64,000 nt of DNA from Synechococcus sp. (GCA_047285305.1 JBJBDL010000003.1:1472001-1536000), one strand, 5' to 3'. Shown: positions 44,699 through 56,276, counted from the first letter of the stretch. A program made the numbers and translations. The notes: generated by a model from the letters alone, not told the origin.

Positions 44699-46597
44699 TT
44701 AAGGACGTAGCCCCAACCCAAGGCAGGCTTCCTCGATCAACTGAATCACCCGCTGATCCCTCGCCAGATCGTTGTTGCTGGTGAGGGATTGTTCTTGTTG
44801 AATGCTCGCCTGAAGCGTCTCACCCTCGCCATTGGTGAGCTTCAGACCTGAACTTTCCGTCAACTGGGCGGTGTACTGCCGTGTGCCGCGGTCGATCAAC
44901 ACCAACTCCGTATGGGCACGGATGGCTTTGAGCTCCAGCTGCAGACGCTGTTCACCCTGCCAACGGTTGATCGAAATGCTGTAAGCCACGTCACAGCATG
45001 CGGGAACAGGCGCCGCTGGATCCCATCGCCAGGCGATGGCGCGACGCTCACTTTCACCCTGACGCAGCGTCAGGGCCAGATGTCCTCCTTTTAGATCGCG
45101 CCGATCCTCAACGCTCACCCCCCGTGACCAGAACAGGGGTTTGGGATGACCGATGCCGAAGGGGGCCAGGGATTGCAGGTGGCGCCAAAGATCCCAGTTC
45201 ACGTCCTTCAACTGCAGCAGAGCGTCAGGTTGCACGGGACGCCCCTGGGCCTGGGTCACCAACCAGCCATCGGCTTCGGCGCAGAGGCGCTCATGCAGGG
45301 CATGCACGAATTCCGCTTTAACGGTGAACCCCCCGGCAGCGGGATGGCCTCCAAAGCGGGTCAGTAGATCACTGCAATTGGAGAGGGCACGATCCACCGC
45401 GAAACCGATGGGTCCCCGTACCGAAGCCCGCAGACTTCCATCTCCATCTCCGGCCAGAAGAGCGGTGGGGCGGTGATAGCGCTCCATCAGCCGCGCAGCA
45501 ACAATGCCAATCACCCCGTGGTGCCAGTGGCTTTGCGCCAACAGCAGGAATGAGGGGAGAGCGTCACTGGACTCCGCTTCAACCAGCGCCACGGCCTCCG
45601 CTTCAATCGCGTCGCAGAGATCCCGTCGCTGGCGGTTGTAATCATCACAACGGCGTGCGAGGGCCATCGCTGAATCGGGATCTTCAGCCGTGAGCAGATC
45701 CACCACAAGCCTCGGTTCCCCAAGGCGGCCCACTGCATTGATGCGCGGTGCAAGCTGAAACCCGATGTCTTCTGCCGTCAGCGGACGTTCCCCGAGACCC
45801 GCCAGGCGCTGAAGCGCTTGCACGCCCTTGCACTCGGAGCGATGCAGATGGTTCAGCCCCTCCAGCAACCAACTGCGGTTGGCCCCCACCAGAGGAGCCA
45901 TATCGGCCACCGTGCCGATGCAAAACAGATCCCGGGCCACGCGGATGGCTTCTGGTTTGTTCAGAACATCGGCAACGGCATGGGCCAGCACATAGGCCAG
46001 CCCCACACCGGCGAGTCCGCGGTAAGGCGAGCCCTCCGGGGTGGTGGCCGGATGAATGAGCGCAGTCATGGGCGGCCGTTGCGCCGGGATCGTGTGGTGA
46101 TCGGTCACGATCACCTGCATCGACAAACTTTCGGCCAGTTCGAGGGCTTCCCTCGCGGCAACACCGTTATCAACGGTGACCAGCAGTCGCACGCCATCGT
46201 CGTAGAGCCGCTGCACCATGGCGGGATTGAGGCCATATCCCTCCTCCATTCGCGAGGGGATAGCAGGTTCCGGCTCAGCACCCAATGGGGCCAACGCCCG
46301 CAGTAACAACGCAGTGCTGGTCATCCCATCGGCGTCGTAATCACCACAGATGGCGACGCGTTCACGGGAACGGCAGGCTTTTACCAAGCGTGTACAGGCC
46401 TGCTCGAGATCGGGGAAATGATCACGTGTGGGCGGTAGATCACCAGGGGAGAGAAAGCTCTCGGCCTCGGATGTGGAGCTGAATCCCCTGCGCCGCAGCA
46501 CACAGCGCAGCGACAGCGGCAAATCAAGCCCTTGCAATGGCGATGGTTCCACCACGGCTGGAAGGGACCAGGACCAATGCAGCGGAACAGCCGGCAA
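44699..46597 (-). CDS. recJ: ssDNA-specific exonuclease RecJ
   Basis: GDYDADG, EGYG, TVDNG, TDHH, PRINAVGR, FGGHPAAGG. Confidence 0.97.
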   Translation of the reverse strand: MPAVPLHWSWSLPAVVEPSPLQGLDLPLSLRCVLRRRGFSSTSEAESFLSPGDLPPTRDHFPDLEQACTRLVKACRSRERVAICGDYDADGMTSTALLLRALAPLGAEPEPAIPSRMEEGYGLNPAMVQRLYDDGVRLLVTVDNGVAAREALELAESLSMQVIVTDHHTIPAQRPPMTALIHPATTPEGSPYRGLAGVGLAYVLAHAVADVLNKPEAIRVARDLFCIGTVADMAPLVGANRSWLLEGLNHLHRSECKGVQALQRLAGLGERPLTAEDIGFQLAPRINAVGRLGEPRLVVDLLTAEDPDSAMALARRCDDYNRQRRDLCDAIEAEAVALVEAESSDALPSFLLLAQSHWHHGVIGIVAARLMERYHRPTALLAGDGDGSLRASVRGPIGFAVDRALSNCSDLLTRFGGHPAAGGFTVKAEFVHALHERLCAEADGWLVTQAQGRPVQPDALLQLKDVNWDLWRHLQSLAPFGIGHPKPLFWSRGVSVEDRRDLKGGHLALTLRQGESERRAIAWRWDPAAPVPACCDVAYSISINRWQGEQRLQLELKAIRAHTELVLIDRGTRQYTAQLTESSGLKLTNGEGETLQASIQQEQSLTSNNDLARDQRVIQLIEEACLGLGLRP

Positions 46598-46650
46598 GGG
46601 AACGCAACAGGCGGTGATGTCCCAGCATTGTGCCGTTGCTGCTCCTCAAG

Positions 46651-47409
46651 GTGAACAGGCTTTCAGCGGTCTTCTGGGATGTGGATGGCACCTTGGCTGA
46701 CACGGAAATGGACGGTCATCGACCGGCCTTCAACATGGCCTTCCAGGAACTGGATCTTCCCTTTGTTTGGGATGAAGGGCTCTACAACAGGCTGCTGGCG
46801 ATTCCTGGCGGGCTGCGCAGGGTGAAACTCCACGCTGAAACATGTGGGGTGCATCTCAGCCAGAACCAACTGGACCAGGTACGTGATCGCAAACGCGTCC
46901 ATTACCTGGAACGGGTCCGCCAAGGACATGTGCATCTCCGTCCCGGAGTGAAGAGGCTTTTGCAGGAGTTGAACAGGGCCGGCGTGCAGCAGTGGATCGT
47001 CACCTCCAGCGGATCGGCCTCGGTGATGGCTCTGCTGGAACAGATCCAGAAGCAAATCCCCAGCTTCGATGGGGTGGTGACATCGGATGACGTTGCTTCG
47101 GGAAAGCCAGCACCGGACGGCTACCGACTCGCTCTCGAACGCAGTGGGGCCAACAGTGCTGCCAGCCTTGCCATCGAAGATTCTGCGGCAGGTCTTTCGG
47201 CGGCAAGAGCCGCAGGTCTGCGTTGTCTGCTGACCCCTTCCCCCTGGGATGCCGATGCTCTGCGTGAGTCCGGAGGCGAGGCTGCTGCGGTGTTGAATCA
47301 CCTGGGGGACCCTGGACAGCCAGCAACCGTGCTTTCCGGTGCCTCTTGCCAGGAGGGGGCAGTAACGCTGAAGTATCTGGAGTCCCTGCTGTCGGTGCCG
47401 GATCGATGA
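46651..47409 (+). CDS. HAD-superfamily hydrolase (CbbY-like)
   Basis: WDVDGTLADTE.DGHRPAFN, KPAPD, IEDS. Confidence 0.92.
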   Translation: MNRLSAVFWDVDGTLADTEMDGHRPAFNMAFQELDLPFVWDEGLYNRLLAIPGGLRRVKLHAETCGVHLSQNQLDQVRDRKRVHYLERVRQGHVHLRPGVKRLLQELNRAGVQQWIVTSSGSASVMALLEQIQKQIPSFDGVVTSDDVASGKPAPDGYRLALERSGANSAASLAIEDSAAGLSAARAAGLRCLLTPSPWDADALRESGGEAAAVLNHLGDPGQPATVLSGASCQEGAVTLKYLESLLSVPDR

Positions 47410-47717
47410 GCTCAATCCAGCGCACACGTCTGGCGGGGCTTCAGAACGCGTGGGGCGCTGGGATCCGGCGGTCCTGGTCTGGCCCCTGGTGGCGTCGCAG
47501 CGCTTCGTTGCTGCTGCTGCTGTTCGGATTTTTCATCGGCAGCAACCTTCCCGTCTACATCCTGGATGCTGTTGAACTCAGGACGTACACAGCGTTCTAT
47601 GCCCTCATCGCCTGTGAATTGATGGTTCTTGGGCGCCGTCGTCTTCCCTGGCTGGACAACCTCCGGCTTGGATTCGTTTACGCCGTTGTTCTGGAGGCGT
47701 TCAAAGTTGGATCCTGA
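47406..47717 (+). CDS. DUF565 / Ycf20-like membrane protein
   Basis: QRTRL, PWWRRS...LLFGFFIG, LDNLRLGFVY...EAFKVGS. Confidence 0.85.
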   Translation: MSSIQRTRLAGLQNAWGAGIRRSWSGPWWRRSASLLLLLFGFFIGSNLPVYILDAVELRTYTAFYALIACELMVLGRRRLPWLDNLRLGFVYAVVLEAFKVGS

Positions 47718-48684
47718 GGGCCAACGCGTCATCCCCAGCAAGGATCAGCAGCGGTTGCTGCAGCATCTCGAGTTGGGCGACCTTCAGAGTTGGTCTGCAC
47801 TGCAGCGCAACTCTGGGTGGCATCGGGTCGCCATCGATCACTGGCATCCTCAGGCGACACCGGATTGGCTGTGGTCTGTTGGTCTGCCGCTTCTGAACCT
47901 GGGCCAGCAATGGCAGGGACAACGCCGACTGCTCGGATTCAGTGCTTTGCCAGGTTGCGGGAAAACCACCCTGGGGCAGTGGATTGAAGCTGCCGCACGG
48001 GCACTTCACCTCTCGATCCAGGTGGTTTCGCTCGATGACTTTTATTTCGAGGCCGAACGGCTTGATGCGGCGATGCAGGGCAACCCCTGGGGTGTGCCTC
48101 GTGCGCTTCCTGGCAGCCATGACCTGGAGCTCCTGCAGGAGTGTCTTCAGACATGGCGACAGGGTGAGAACGTTCTGATGCCCTGCTTCGACAAAGCCAA
48201 ACGCCATGGCCGAGGAGATCGAAGCGGTTGGCACCGCTGCGATGCCGACTTGCTGATTTTTGAGGGTTGGTTTGTGGGCTGCAGCCCAAATGACGACGCA
48301 ACTGTGGATGAGCCCCATCTCGAGAGCCCCCTAACGGCGCAGGAGTTGGAGTGGCGCCTGAAGCTGCAACCCGTGCTCGCCCACTACGAACCCACCTGGA
48401 GATGTTTCGATCAACTCTGGCAACTGCGAGCAACCGACTTCAACGCGCCTTGGCGATGGAAGCGCCAACAGGAAGCCACCCTTGAAGCGGAACGCGGTGC
48501 GTCGCTGTCGAATGCTGACTTGGATCGTTTCATCCGCATGATTCTCTGCTCGCTGCCATCGAGCAGTTTTCACACAATGCGAGCGGATGTTGTTGTGGAG
48601 GTGGATCCGGATCGAACCCTGCGGAGAATCCACCTCCCTAGTTCGACTCAGGATTCGCCGTCTTCGGACTCACTCACCGGGTAA
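47707..48684 (+). CDS. P-loop kinase (glycerate kinase / uridine kinase-like)
   Basis: [37 protein letters not shown]. Confidence 0.85.
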   Translation: MDPEGQRVIPSKDQQRLLQHLELGDLQSWSALQRNSGWHRVAIDHWHPQATPDWLWSVGLPLLNLGQQWQGQRRLLGFSALPGCGKTTLGQWIEAAARALHLSIQVVSLDDFYFEAERLDAAMQGNPWGVPRALPGSHDLELLQECLQTWRQGENVLMPCFDKAKRHGRGDRSGWHRCDADLLIFEGWFVGCSPNDDATVDEPHLESPLTAQELEWRLKLQPVLAHYEPTWRCFDQLWQLRATDFNAPWRWKRQQEATLEAERGASLSNADLDRFIRMILCSLPSSSFHTMRADVVVEVDPDRTLRRIHLPSSTQDSPSSDSLTG

Positions 48685-48824
48685 ACAAAACCCTGGGCGC
48701 GGCCACTCAGCACAGACTTGCCGATGGACATGGCGCGCTGGGCGGCAACGGCTGCCTTGGCCTTCCAGGTGGCGCTGCGCTGGTTGCGCTTGGCCTTGGA
48801 TGTTTTCTTCTTCGGGACGGCCAT
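48648..48824 (-). CDS. rpmF: 50S ribosomal protein L32
   Basis: Manual translation: [58 protein letters not shown]. Confidence 0.96.
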   Translation of the reverse strand: MAVPKKKTSKAKRNQRSATWKAKAAVAAQRAMSIGKSVLSGRAQGFVYPVSESEDGES

Positions 48825-48851
48825 TGCGCCTGGTGTATTTCCAAACTGAGA

Positions 48852-50711
48852 TTGTCTCGTTTGAAACCCCCTTGCGTCAAATCGCTAGGCTCCGTGGAGC
48901 GCAACGTTGACGTGGCAGCAGGTTCGGACGACTCCAGTGGTTCCGCGGCCCCTCAGAAGGTTCAACCTTCTTCGATTCAGGGTTTTTGGACGAAGCAGGA
49001 CACGGTGAGCTACTCCACCCTGCTGAGTGATATCGATGCAAAAGAGATCAAACAGTTGGATCTTGTGCCCGGTCGACGGGAGGTAAGAGTCCAATACAAC
49101 GATGGCCGACGGGTCACCGTTCCCGTATTCGCCAACGACAACCAAATTCTTCGGGCCGCTGAAAGCTCCGGCACGCCCCTGACGGTTGTTGACATACGCC
49201 GCGAACAAGCAGGACGCGAACTGGCGGGAACCCTGATGTTGGTTCTGCTGGTGGTGGTTGGCTTGGCGTTTCTGCTGAAGCGTTCGGCTCAAATGGCGAA
49301 CAGAGCTCTTGGGTTTGGACGCAGCCAACCTCGGTTGAAACCCCAGGAAGACCTTCAGCTTCGTTTTGAGGATGTTGCCGGCATCAACGATGCGCGGCTG
49401 GAACTTGAGGAGGTGGTCACCTTTCTCAAGCAGCCCGAGGCCTTCATCCGCCTGGGGGCCAAGATCCCGCGGGGGGTGCTGCTGGTCGGCCCCCCTGGAA
49501 CAGGGAAAACGCTTCTTGCCAAGGCTATTGCAGGCGAGGCGGGCGTGCCGTTTTTCTCAATCGCGGCCTCTGAGTTTGTTGAGCTGTTCGTGGGTGTTGG
49601 CGCGAGCAGGGTTCGCGATCTGTTCCGCCAAGCCAAAGAAAAGTCCCCCTGCATCGTCTTCATTGACGAGATCGACGCTGTGGGTCGTCAGCGGGGTGCT
49701 GGTATCGGCGGCGGCAACGATGAACGGGAGCAGACCCTCAACCAACTCCTGACGGAGATGGACGGCTTTGAGGAGAACTCCGGTGTGATTCTGCTAGCGG
49801 CCACAAACCGTGCCGACGTGCTCGACTCCGCACTGTTGCGTCCAGGACGCTTCGACCGGCGCATTGATGTGGGCCTTCCCGATCGCCGAGGTCGCGAGGC
49901 CATTCTCGCCGTGCATGCGAGAACTCGCCCTCTCGATGACTCGGTATCGCTGTCGGATTGGGCGAGCCGCACTCCGGGTTTTTCCGGGGCCGACCTTGCC
50001 AATCTGCTCAACGAAGCGGCCATCCTCACGGCCCGTCAGAACATGCTCCGCATCGGTCAATTCCAGCTGGAGGGGGCCTTGGAGCGGATCACCATGGGGC
50101 TGAGCAACCGCCCCTTACAGGACAGCGCCAAAAAACGACTCATCGCCTATCACGAGGTGGGTCATGCCCTGGTGGCCAGTCTTCTCCCAGCGGCCAACGC
50201 GGTGGATAAAGTCACGATTCTTCCCCGGGGAGGAGCCGGTGGTTACACCCGCTTCATGCCTGACGAGGAGGTGCTTGATTCCGGGTTGATCACCCGCTCC
50301 TCCTGCCTCGCTGATCTGGTGGTAGCCCTTGGGGGACGAGCCGCAGAGCAAGTGGTTTTCGGATCTCTCGAGATCACCCAGGGAGCCACTGGAGATCTCC
50401 AGATGGTGGCGCAACTGGCACGGGAGATGGTTACGCGCTTTGGCTTTTCCAGCCTAGGACCGATGGCCCTCGAGGGCCCGGGTACGGAGGTTTTTCTGGG
50501 GCGCGATTGGTTCAACCAACGGCCGGGATACGCCGAATCCACTGGCCAGGCCATTGACGCTCAAATCCGCCAGCTCGCCAAGAGTGCTCTGGCGCAGGCC
50601 ATCGCCTTGCTGGAGCCCCGCCGTGAGTTGATGGATCAGCTGGTGGACGTTTTGATTGCTGAGGAAACGATCAACGGTGATCGATTCAGAGACATCGCTG
50701 GCCTCCCATGA
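48852..50711 (+). CDS. ftsH: ATP-dependent zinc metalloprotease FtsH
   Basis: [36 protein letters not shown]; exact start uncertain (GTG at 48894 or 48912 possible). Confidence 0.97.
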   Translation: MSRLKPPCVKSLGSVERNVDVAAGSDDSSGSAAPQKVQPSSIQGFWTKQDTVSYSTLLSDIDAKEIKQLDLVPGRREVRVQYNDGRRVTVPVFANDNQILRAAESSGTPLTVVDIRREQAGRELAGTLMLVLLVVVGLAFLLKRSAQMANRALGFGRSQPRLKPQEDLQLRFEDVAGINDARLELEEVVTFLKQPEAFIRLGAKIPRGVLLVGPPGTGKTLLAKAIAGEAGVPFFSIAASEFVELFVGVGASRVRDLFRQAKEKSPCIVFIDEIDAVGRQRGAGIGGGNDEREQTLNQLLTEMDGFEENSGVILLAATNRADVLDSALLRPGRFDRRIDVGLPDRRGREAILAVHARTRPLDDSVSLSDWASRTPGFSGADLANLLNEAAILTARQNMLRIGQFQLEGALERITMGLSNRPLQDSAKKRLIAYHEVGHALVASLLPAANAVDKVTILPRGGAGGYTRFMPDEEVLDSGLITRSSCLADLVVALGGRAAEQVVFGSLEITQGATGDLQMVAQLAREMVTRFGFSSLGPMALEGPGTEVFLGRDWFNQRPGYAESTGQAIDAQIRQLAKSALAQAIALLEPRRELMDQLVDVLIAEETINGDRFRDIAGLP

Positions 50712-53452
50712 GACGCCTCCTCCTTCTGCTGCCGCTGGTTGTTGTTGCAGCCCGGATGCAGATCGAGTGGCTCTGGTTCGATCAGTTCGCCTGGAGCGAC
50801 GTTCTCCTCAAGCGCTGGCTTCTGCAGCTTCTCTTCGCGGGGTTGGCGATGCTCCCGCTGCTGGCAGCCCAGGCCTGGGCAAGACAATTCAGGCAACACA
50901 CGTCGAGTTCATCCAATTCGACGAGCCTGACCGGATGGTCCTACGGATTCACTCTCTTGATCAGTGGTGGTGCTGTGCTGGTCAGTGCCTTGCTGACGCT
51001 GGATCTGTTGGCGTTGGCCATCCGCGATCCGTTTCAGCTTGGGGAATGGCAGCCAGTTCCGGGGCTTCAGCACCGCATCAGCTCAGCTGCAGGACTCGTT
51101 CAGGCAGGGGGTATAGGGATTGCGATGGCCTGGCCGCGGTTGAGGCTGTGGCTGGAACGGATCGTGGCGGGTTCGCTGGTGGCTGTCGTCAGCCGGGCAT
51201 GGGGCATCTGGTCGCTGGCTCTCTGGATTCCCGATGAATCCACGAGAGACCCCTTGCTGGGAGCGGATCTGAGCTTCGGCTTGGGGCGTTTTGCCGGATT
51301 GCATCTGGCTCTTGACCTGCTGCTCTTGGCTTCCGCGTTCACCCTCGCCTTTGAGCTCTGGCGGGTGCTGGCGGGCTCAAAATCGATTTCTGACTGGGCC
51401 AGTCCAGCCTTTGCTGCGCGACAGGTCCAACTGATCAGGTTGCTTTCGGCGCTTCTGTTGTTCGGAGCGGCGGGGCAGGTGTGGTTATCGAGGCATCAGA
51501 TCCTGTGGACCCAACACGGCCTGGTGGCAGGGGCGGGATGGCTGCAGGCCCACATGACCATTCCGTTGCGTGGCTTCGCCACACTGCTGCTGGTGCTGAT
51601 CGCATGCGCACTTCTTGTGCCGCTCCGGCGACGCCTCCGTCAGGGCCTTGCACTGGCCTTGGTCTCTCTTGTGGTGTTGGAAACCTTGGCAACACCGTTG
51701 ACGCGCTGGCTGGTGGTGCGGCCAAGGGAATTTGCTCTGCAAGAGCGCTATTTAAAAAATGCCATTGAGGCCACGCAATGGGGCTTCCAGCTGGATCAAA
51801 TCAAGAGTCAGGTCGTCGACCCGACAAGGTTCAGCGCCGCTGATCGCGAGCAAGGTGTCAGCACGCTCGAAAATGTGCGCCTCTGGGACAGCAGTCCTCT
51901 GCTGGAAGCAAACCGGCAACTGCAGCAACTGAGGGTGTACTACCGCTTCTCCAATGCAGCTGTTGATCGCTACCCGCTGAATGAAAATAGCGATTCTTCG
52001 CAGCAAGTGATCCTCTCGGCCCGCGAATTGGATCAATCCGCTTTACCGCGTCAATCCAAAACCTGGCAGAACCGTCACTTCATCTTCACCCACGGCTATG
52101 GATTCACCGTCAGTCCGGTGAATGATCGAAGCAGTGATGGCCTTCCCTCATATTTCATTAAAGGTCTTGGCCCAGAAACACTCATTGAGGGAAATCCAGA
52201 ACTGGGTATTGAACGTTCGGAGGTACAGAAGGCCATCCCCGTTGGTGATGCAGCGATCTATTACGGGATGCTTCCTTCGCCCTATGCCATCGCTCCAACG
52301 CAGATAGAAGAATTCGACTACCCCGAAGGCGACATCAATGTGATGACGCACTATCAGGGATCTGGCGGAGTACCGATTGGATCTTGGCTTCAACGATTTG
52401 CAGCAGCTGTTTATCTGCGTGAGCCTCGATTGCTGATCACCACAACAATCAATGCTGATTCCAAACTTTTGATCCGTCGTGATGTGCGCAGCCGCGTTAA
52501 GGCAATCGCCCCATTCATTGATTTTCGTGGTGAGCCCTATCTGATCTCCATTCCAAACCCTGAGCAAGACAGCGCCAACACCGCCAACGCGACTCCAGAA
52601 CAACGCAACCAACATCAGTATTGGGTTGTCGAGGGATACACCCACAGTTCAACCCTGTCCTACAGCGCTGCGGTCTCAGCAGATGATCCCGATCGATATT
52701 TAAGAAACTCAGTGAAGGCCATCGTCGATGCTTATAACGGCAGCATTCGGTTTTTTATATCGGAGCCTGAGGATCCAATTGTGATGGCTTGGGCTCATGC
52801 TTTTCCAGGCTTGATGGAGCCAATGGAGGCAATGCCAAAATCTTATCTTGATCACCGTAGAGTCCCTGAGGACTTCTTCAATGCACAGGTCAATCAATTG
52901 AAGCGGTACCACGTTTCAAATCCCAGAATTTTCTACAACGGTGATGATGTTTGGCAGGTGCCAAGTGAGATTTACGGGGGCCGCAAAGTTGATGTAGCTC
53001 CTTATCACATCACGGCTCAGCTTCAAAGCAACGACAACTCTGAATTTCTTCTGCTCCAACCCCTGACTCCCTTATCAAGGCCAAATCTCACGGCATGGTT
53101 GGTGGCTCGGAACGACGGCGATCACTACGGTGAATTGAAATTGATCGACTTTCCCAAAGACAAATACATTCCCGGCCCGGAACAGGTTCAGGCTCTAATT
53201 CATCAGGATCCAGATGTGAGCGAGCAGTTTGGTCTATGGGATCAGGAGGATCTGGAACTCCTGCAGGGGAATCTGCTTGTGCTTCCCGTGGGCTCCGGAC
53301 TTCTCTATGTGGAACCGGTGTATCTGCGCACCAAGAAGGTGGGGCTGCCTTCTCTGGCCAGGATTGTTGTGAGTGACGGTCGATTGGTTGCCATGGACCG
53401 CGATCTCAATCTTGCTTTGGATCAACTCATGAAAAAAGCCCCACCCGTTTGA
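50708..53452 (+). CDS. UPF0182 family membrane protein
   Basis: EWLWF, NVRLWD, QLQQLRVYYRF, FTHGYG, YLRNSVKA, LYVEPVYL. Confidence 0.93.
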   Translation: MRRLLLLLPLVVVAARMQIEWLWFDQFAWSDVLLKRWLLQLLFAGLAMLPLLAAQAWARQFRQHTSSSSNSTSLTGWSYGFTLLISGGAVLVSALLTLDLLALAIRDPFQLGEWQPVPGLQHRISSAAGLVQAGGIGIAMAWPRLRLWLERIVAGSLVAVVSRAWGIWSLALWIPDESTRDPLLGADLSFGLGRFAGLHLALDLLLLASAFTLAFELWRVLAGSKSISDWASPAFAARQVQLIRLLSALLLFGAAGQVWLSRHQILWTQHGLVAGAGWLQAHMTIPLRGFATLLLVLIACALLVPLRRRLRQGLALALVSLVVLETLATPLTRWLVVRPREFALQERYLKNAIEATQWGFQLDQIKSQVVDPTRFSAADREQGVSTLENVRLWDSSPLLEANRQLQQLRVYYRFSNAAVDRYPLNENSDSSQQVILSARELDQSALPRQSKTWQNRHFIFTHGYGFTVSPVNDRSSDGLPSYFIKGLGPETLIEGNPELGIERSEVQKAIPVGDAAIYYGMLPSPYAIAPTQIEEFDYPEGDINVMTHYQGSGGVPIGSWLQRFAAAVYLREPRLLITTTINADSKLLIRRDVRSRVKAIAPFIDFRGEPYLISIPNPEQDSANTANATPEQRNQHQYWVVEGYTHSSTLSYSAAVSADDPDRYLRNSVKAIVDAYNGSIRFFISEPEDPIVMAWAHAFPGLMEPMEAMPKSYLDHRRVPEDFFNAQVNQLKRYHVSNPRIFYNGDDVWQVPSEIYGGRKVDVAPYHITAQLQSNDNSEFLLLQPLTPLSRPNLTAWLVARNDGDHYGELKLIDFPKDKYIPGPEQVQALIHQDPDVSEQFGLWDQEDLELLQGNLLVLPVGSGLLYVEPVYLRTKKVGLPSLARIVVSDGRLVAMDRDLNLALDQLMKKAPPV

Positions 53453-53462
53453 CGGGCAGGGC
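53432..53462 (-). terminator. Intrinsic terminator of the peroxiredoxin gene
   Basis: AAAAAA-GCCCC-A-CCCGT-TTG-ACGGG-CA-GGGGC (U-tract on the minus strand). Confidence 0.65.
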
Positions 53463-53495
53463 AAGACGAAATGACCGATCGGGTTGATCGAACGA

Positions 53496-54098
53496 TCAGC
53501 CAATCGCGGAGAAGTACTCCTTGGAGCCCTTGGGGTCAGGCTTCATGGTCTTTTCGCCAGGAGTCCAGTTGGCAGGGCAAACCTCATCGGGGTTGGACTG
53601 CACGTACTGGAAGGCCTGCAGAACGCGCAGGGTTTCATCAACGTTCCGTCCAACAGGCAGGTTGTTGATGGTGGCGTGCATGATCACACCATCAGGGTCG
53701 ATGATGAACAGACCACGCAGGGCAACACCCTCGGCCTCGTCGAGAACGTTGTAGGCCGTGGAGATTTCCTTCTTCAGGTCAGCAACGAGGGGATAGTTGA
53801 TATCGCCCAGGCCACCCTGATTGCGAGGGGTCTGGATCCAGGCCAGGTGGCTGAACTGGCTGTCCACGGAAACGCCGAGAACCTCGGTGTTCTTGCTTGA
53901 GAAATCGGCGTAGCGGTCGCTGAAGGCCGTGATCTCAGTAGGACAAACGAAGGTGAAATCCAGCGGATAGAAGAACAGCACCACATACTTGCCCCGGTAC
54001 TGGGACAGGGTGACTTCCTTGAACTCCTGGTCCACCACAGCGGTGGCTGTGAAATCAGGGGCCTGCTGGCCTACACGCAAGCAACCGGTGTCGGTCAT
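53496..54098 (-). CDS. 2-Cys peroxiredoxin (AhpC/TSA)
   Basis: [27 protein letters not shown]. Confidence 0.97.
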   Translation of the reverse strand: MTDTGCLRVGQQAPDFTATAVVDQEFKEVTLSQYRGKYVVLFFYPLDFTFVCPTEITAFSDRYADFSSKNTEVLGVSVDSQFSHLAWIQTPRNQGGLGDINYPLVADLKKEISTAYNVLDEAEGVALRGLFIIDPDGVIMHATINNLPVGRNVDETLRVLQAFQYVQSNPDEVCPANWTPGEKTMKPDPKGSKEYFSAIG

Positions 54099-54219
54099 GT
54101 TCGGGAGGTGAAAGAGTGAGCTGAAGGCCGCAAACGACTTAACACGTAGTCGATTCGACTTCCAGTTTCATGCTTGAACCTATCACGACCTTAGCCATAC
54201 GTCGCCATAAACTCGGGTG

Positions 54220-54522
54220 ATGACAAACCAAATCACGAGCTGGGATCCTGCGCTCCTGCGCAAGTTCAGTTCCACCGGACATTTCCGTCTGCTGAACCAG
54301 CTGAAGGGAGATCTGCGCAAGAAACCCCTTGACCGAGACCAGCGCACTGGCCAACTGAAGAGTCTGGGTACGAATCGCGGCGCAACCCGACGTTCAACGG
54401 CAACGCGGAGCATCGAGCCGGCACCTGCACCAACACCGGTTGTTGAGATGGCGCCCCCACTCACCAAGGACGACCAACCGAAATCCTTCCGCGATCGCCT
54501 CAACGCCATCGACATGCGCTGA
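54220..54522 (+). CDS. Conserved hypothetical protein
   Basis: LLRKFSSTGHFRLLNQLK motif. Confidence 0.7.
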   Translation: MTNQITSWDPALLRKFSSTGHFRLLNQLKGDLRKKPLDRDQRTGQLKSLGTNRGATRRSTATRSIEPAPAPTPVVEMAPPLTKDDQPKSFRDRLNAIDMR

Positions 54523-54569
54523 GGCTGAACCCCTGAGATGTATGATGGGAACTGGCCAGAAGGGCCTTC

Positions 54570-54643
54570 GTCAGAGTAGCTCAGCTGGTTAGAGCACAGG
54601 ATTCATAACCCTGAGGTCGGGAGTTCAAGTCTCCCCTCTGACA
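54570..54643 (+). tRNA. tRNA with CAT anticodon, most likely elongator tRNA-Met; CCA not encoded
   Basis: GTCAGAG/CTCTGAC acceptor stem with G1-C72 (not initiator), D-arm AGCTCAGCTGGTTAGAGC, anticodon loop TTCATAA, T-loop GTTCAAG. Confidence 0.95.
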
Positions 54644-54662
54644 TTCATTGCTTCAAGCTGAT

Positions 54663-55751
54663 TTAGGCCTTGCGCGCCGGAAGTTTGACCAACGGATTGA
54701 GGGCAGCGCCACCGGCCCGACGGATCTCAAAGTGAAGGTGAGGTCCGGTGCTACGTCCGGTGCTTCCCATCAGTGAAATGCGAGACCCACGGGGAACAAT
54801 CTGCCCTTTTTTGACCAAAAGACGGCTGTTGTGGGCATAACGCGTGAATTCGCCATCACTGTGGGAGATTTCAACTAAGTAGCCATAGGCGCCTCTCCAG
54901 CCGGAGAAAGAAACGATTCCATCACGGGCAGCAACAACGGGCGTTCCAGTGTTGTTGGCGATATCAATGCCTTTGTGCATGCGTCCCCAGCGCCACCCAT
55001 AACCGGACGTGAAAACCCCCTTGGTGGGCCACTGGTAACCAACAATCGGAGGCTTCAGGCTGTCGGGCTGGTCGGCTGAAGACAACAGAGGGCGATCAGG
55101 CCATGCAGAACCTCCACTGCTGAGGGGGCGAACAGCCAGGATTGACTGACCTGAAGTGGCTTCAGCAATCTGCAGTTCCTGGCCAATCGTCAAAGCACTG
55201 AGCTGAAGGCCTGGATTCCAACTCAACAGCTGCTTTTGGGTAAGGCCATGGCGTTTGAGGAACGACGCCAGAGAGTCTCCGGTCTTGATTTTGGCAGTTG
55301 TGCTTACCGGAGGTGGAACAACCATTGGAAGCGTCTCACGTTCACTGGAGCGGTTGAGTGACGACAACGTCACGGCAACAACCCGTGCAGAGTCCGGGAG
55401 GGAAAGCCAACTCTCTTTTTCAAAAACGTGGGAGCTTGGCACGTTGTTCAACGAGGCCAGCACCTCACGATCGAGATTCAACAGGTGAGCGTAACGACGC
55501 AGAGATGTGGCACGGACAACTTTGAACCAGATCTGACTGCTCGATTCGACTTTGCTGACAACAGCAACGGAATCATTTGGGTGAAGCGCTGGCAGAGGGG
55601 GCAGCTCTGCAACATCAAATGTGGCGTTATCGGCGATACCGGGCAGGGAACTCCACAGACCCAAAGACAGAACAGGGGTTACAGCAGCTGCCAGAGCAAG
55701 CGTTGCGCGCATGAAACCACTGAGACGCGTTGAAGGTAACGAGCCGAACAT
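54663..55751 (-). CDS. LysM / M23 family metallopeptidase (NlpD-like)
   Basis: LysM KIKTGDSL...WNP; HKGIDIA, YAHN, GSTGRSTGPHLHFE. Confidence 0.93.
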   Translation of the reverse strand: MFGSLPSTRLSGFMRATLALAAAVTPVLSLGLWSSLPGIADNATFDVAELPPLPALHPNDSVAVVSKVESSSQIWFKVVRATSLRRYAHLLNLDREVLASLNNVPSSHVFEKESWLSLPDSARVVAVTLSSLNRSSERETLPMVVPPPVSTTAKIKTGDSLASFLKRHGLTQKQLLSWNPGLQLSALTIGQELQIAEATSGQSILAVRPLSSGGSAWPDRPLLSSADQPDSLKPPIVGYQWPTKGVFTSGYGWRWGRMHKGIDIANNTGTPVVAARDGIVSFSGWRGAYGYLVEISHSDGEFTRYAHNSRLLVKKGQIVPRGSRISLMGSTGRSTGPHLHFEIRRAGGAALNPLVKLPARKA

Positions 55752-55784
55752 CCTCGTGCAAGGGGGTTTGGAGCAGTGGTGGGA

Positions 55785-56276
55785 TCACCACAACCGCAAC
55801 TGTTGTCCGGCCACGTAGGTCACCAGGGCGCAGGCCACGGAAAGGTTGAGGCTGCGAACACCTCCTTGGCCGGCGTCATCAGCAGCTCCAGGCATGGGGA
55901 TCGTGAGGATGCTGTCGCAGGCTTCGCGCACCGGTTCTGGTAAACCCGTGTCTTCTCGTCCAAACAGCAGAACATCTCCACGTTGAAACCTGAACGAGGA
56001 GAGCGATGAACCACCACGACGACTGCAGCCGATCAACCTCTCCTTAGGACGAAGCTCAGCTTGGAACTCGGCAAAGTTCGAAGCAATTGAAAGCTGAACG
56101 TGGGGCCAGTAATCAAGACCGGCACGACGAACGCTGCGATCATCCACCTTGAATCCGAGGGGTTCAATCAGGGTCAACGGCACCCTGAAGGCCGCCGAGG
56201 TGCGGGCAATGTTGCCGGTGTTTGGAGGGATCTGAGGCTCGAACAGGGCAATCCGCAGGGGTGCAATCTCAGTCAC
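55785..56276 (-). CDS. trmL: tRNA (cytidine/uridine-34 2'-O)-methyltransferase
   Basis: PQIPPNTGNIAR, RRAGLDYW, FGREDTGL, RSLNLS. Confidence 0.95.
   Translation of the reverse strand: MTEIAPLRIALFEPQIPPNTGNIARTSAAFRVPLTLIEPLGFKVDDRSVRRAGLDYWPHVQLSIASNFAEFQAELRPKERLIGCSRRGGSSLSSFRFQRGDVLLFGREDTGLPEPVREACDSILTIPMPGAADDAGQGGVRSLNLSVACALVTYVAGQQLRLW

Noticed and set aside
54570..54700. tRNA-Met as an integration site
   Set aside because: Flanked by core genes, with no integrase and no duplicated tRNA 3' end seen in the window.
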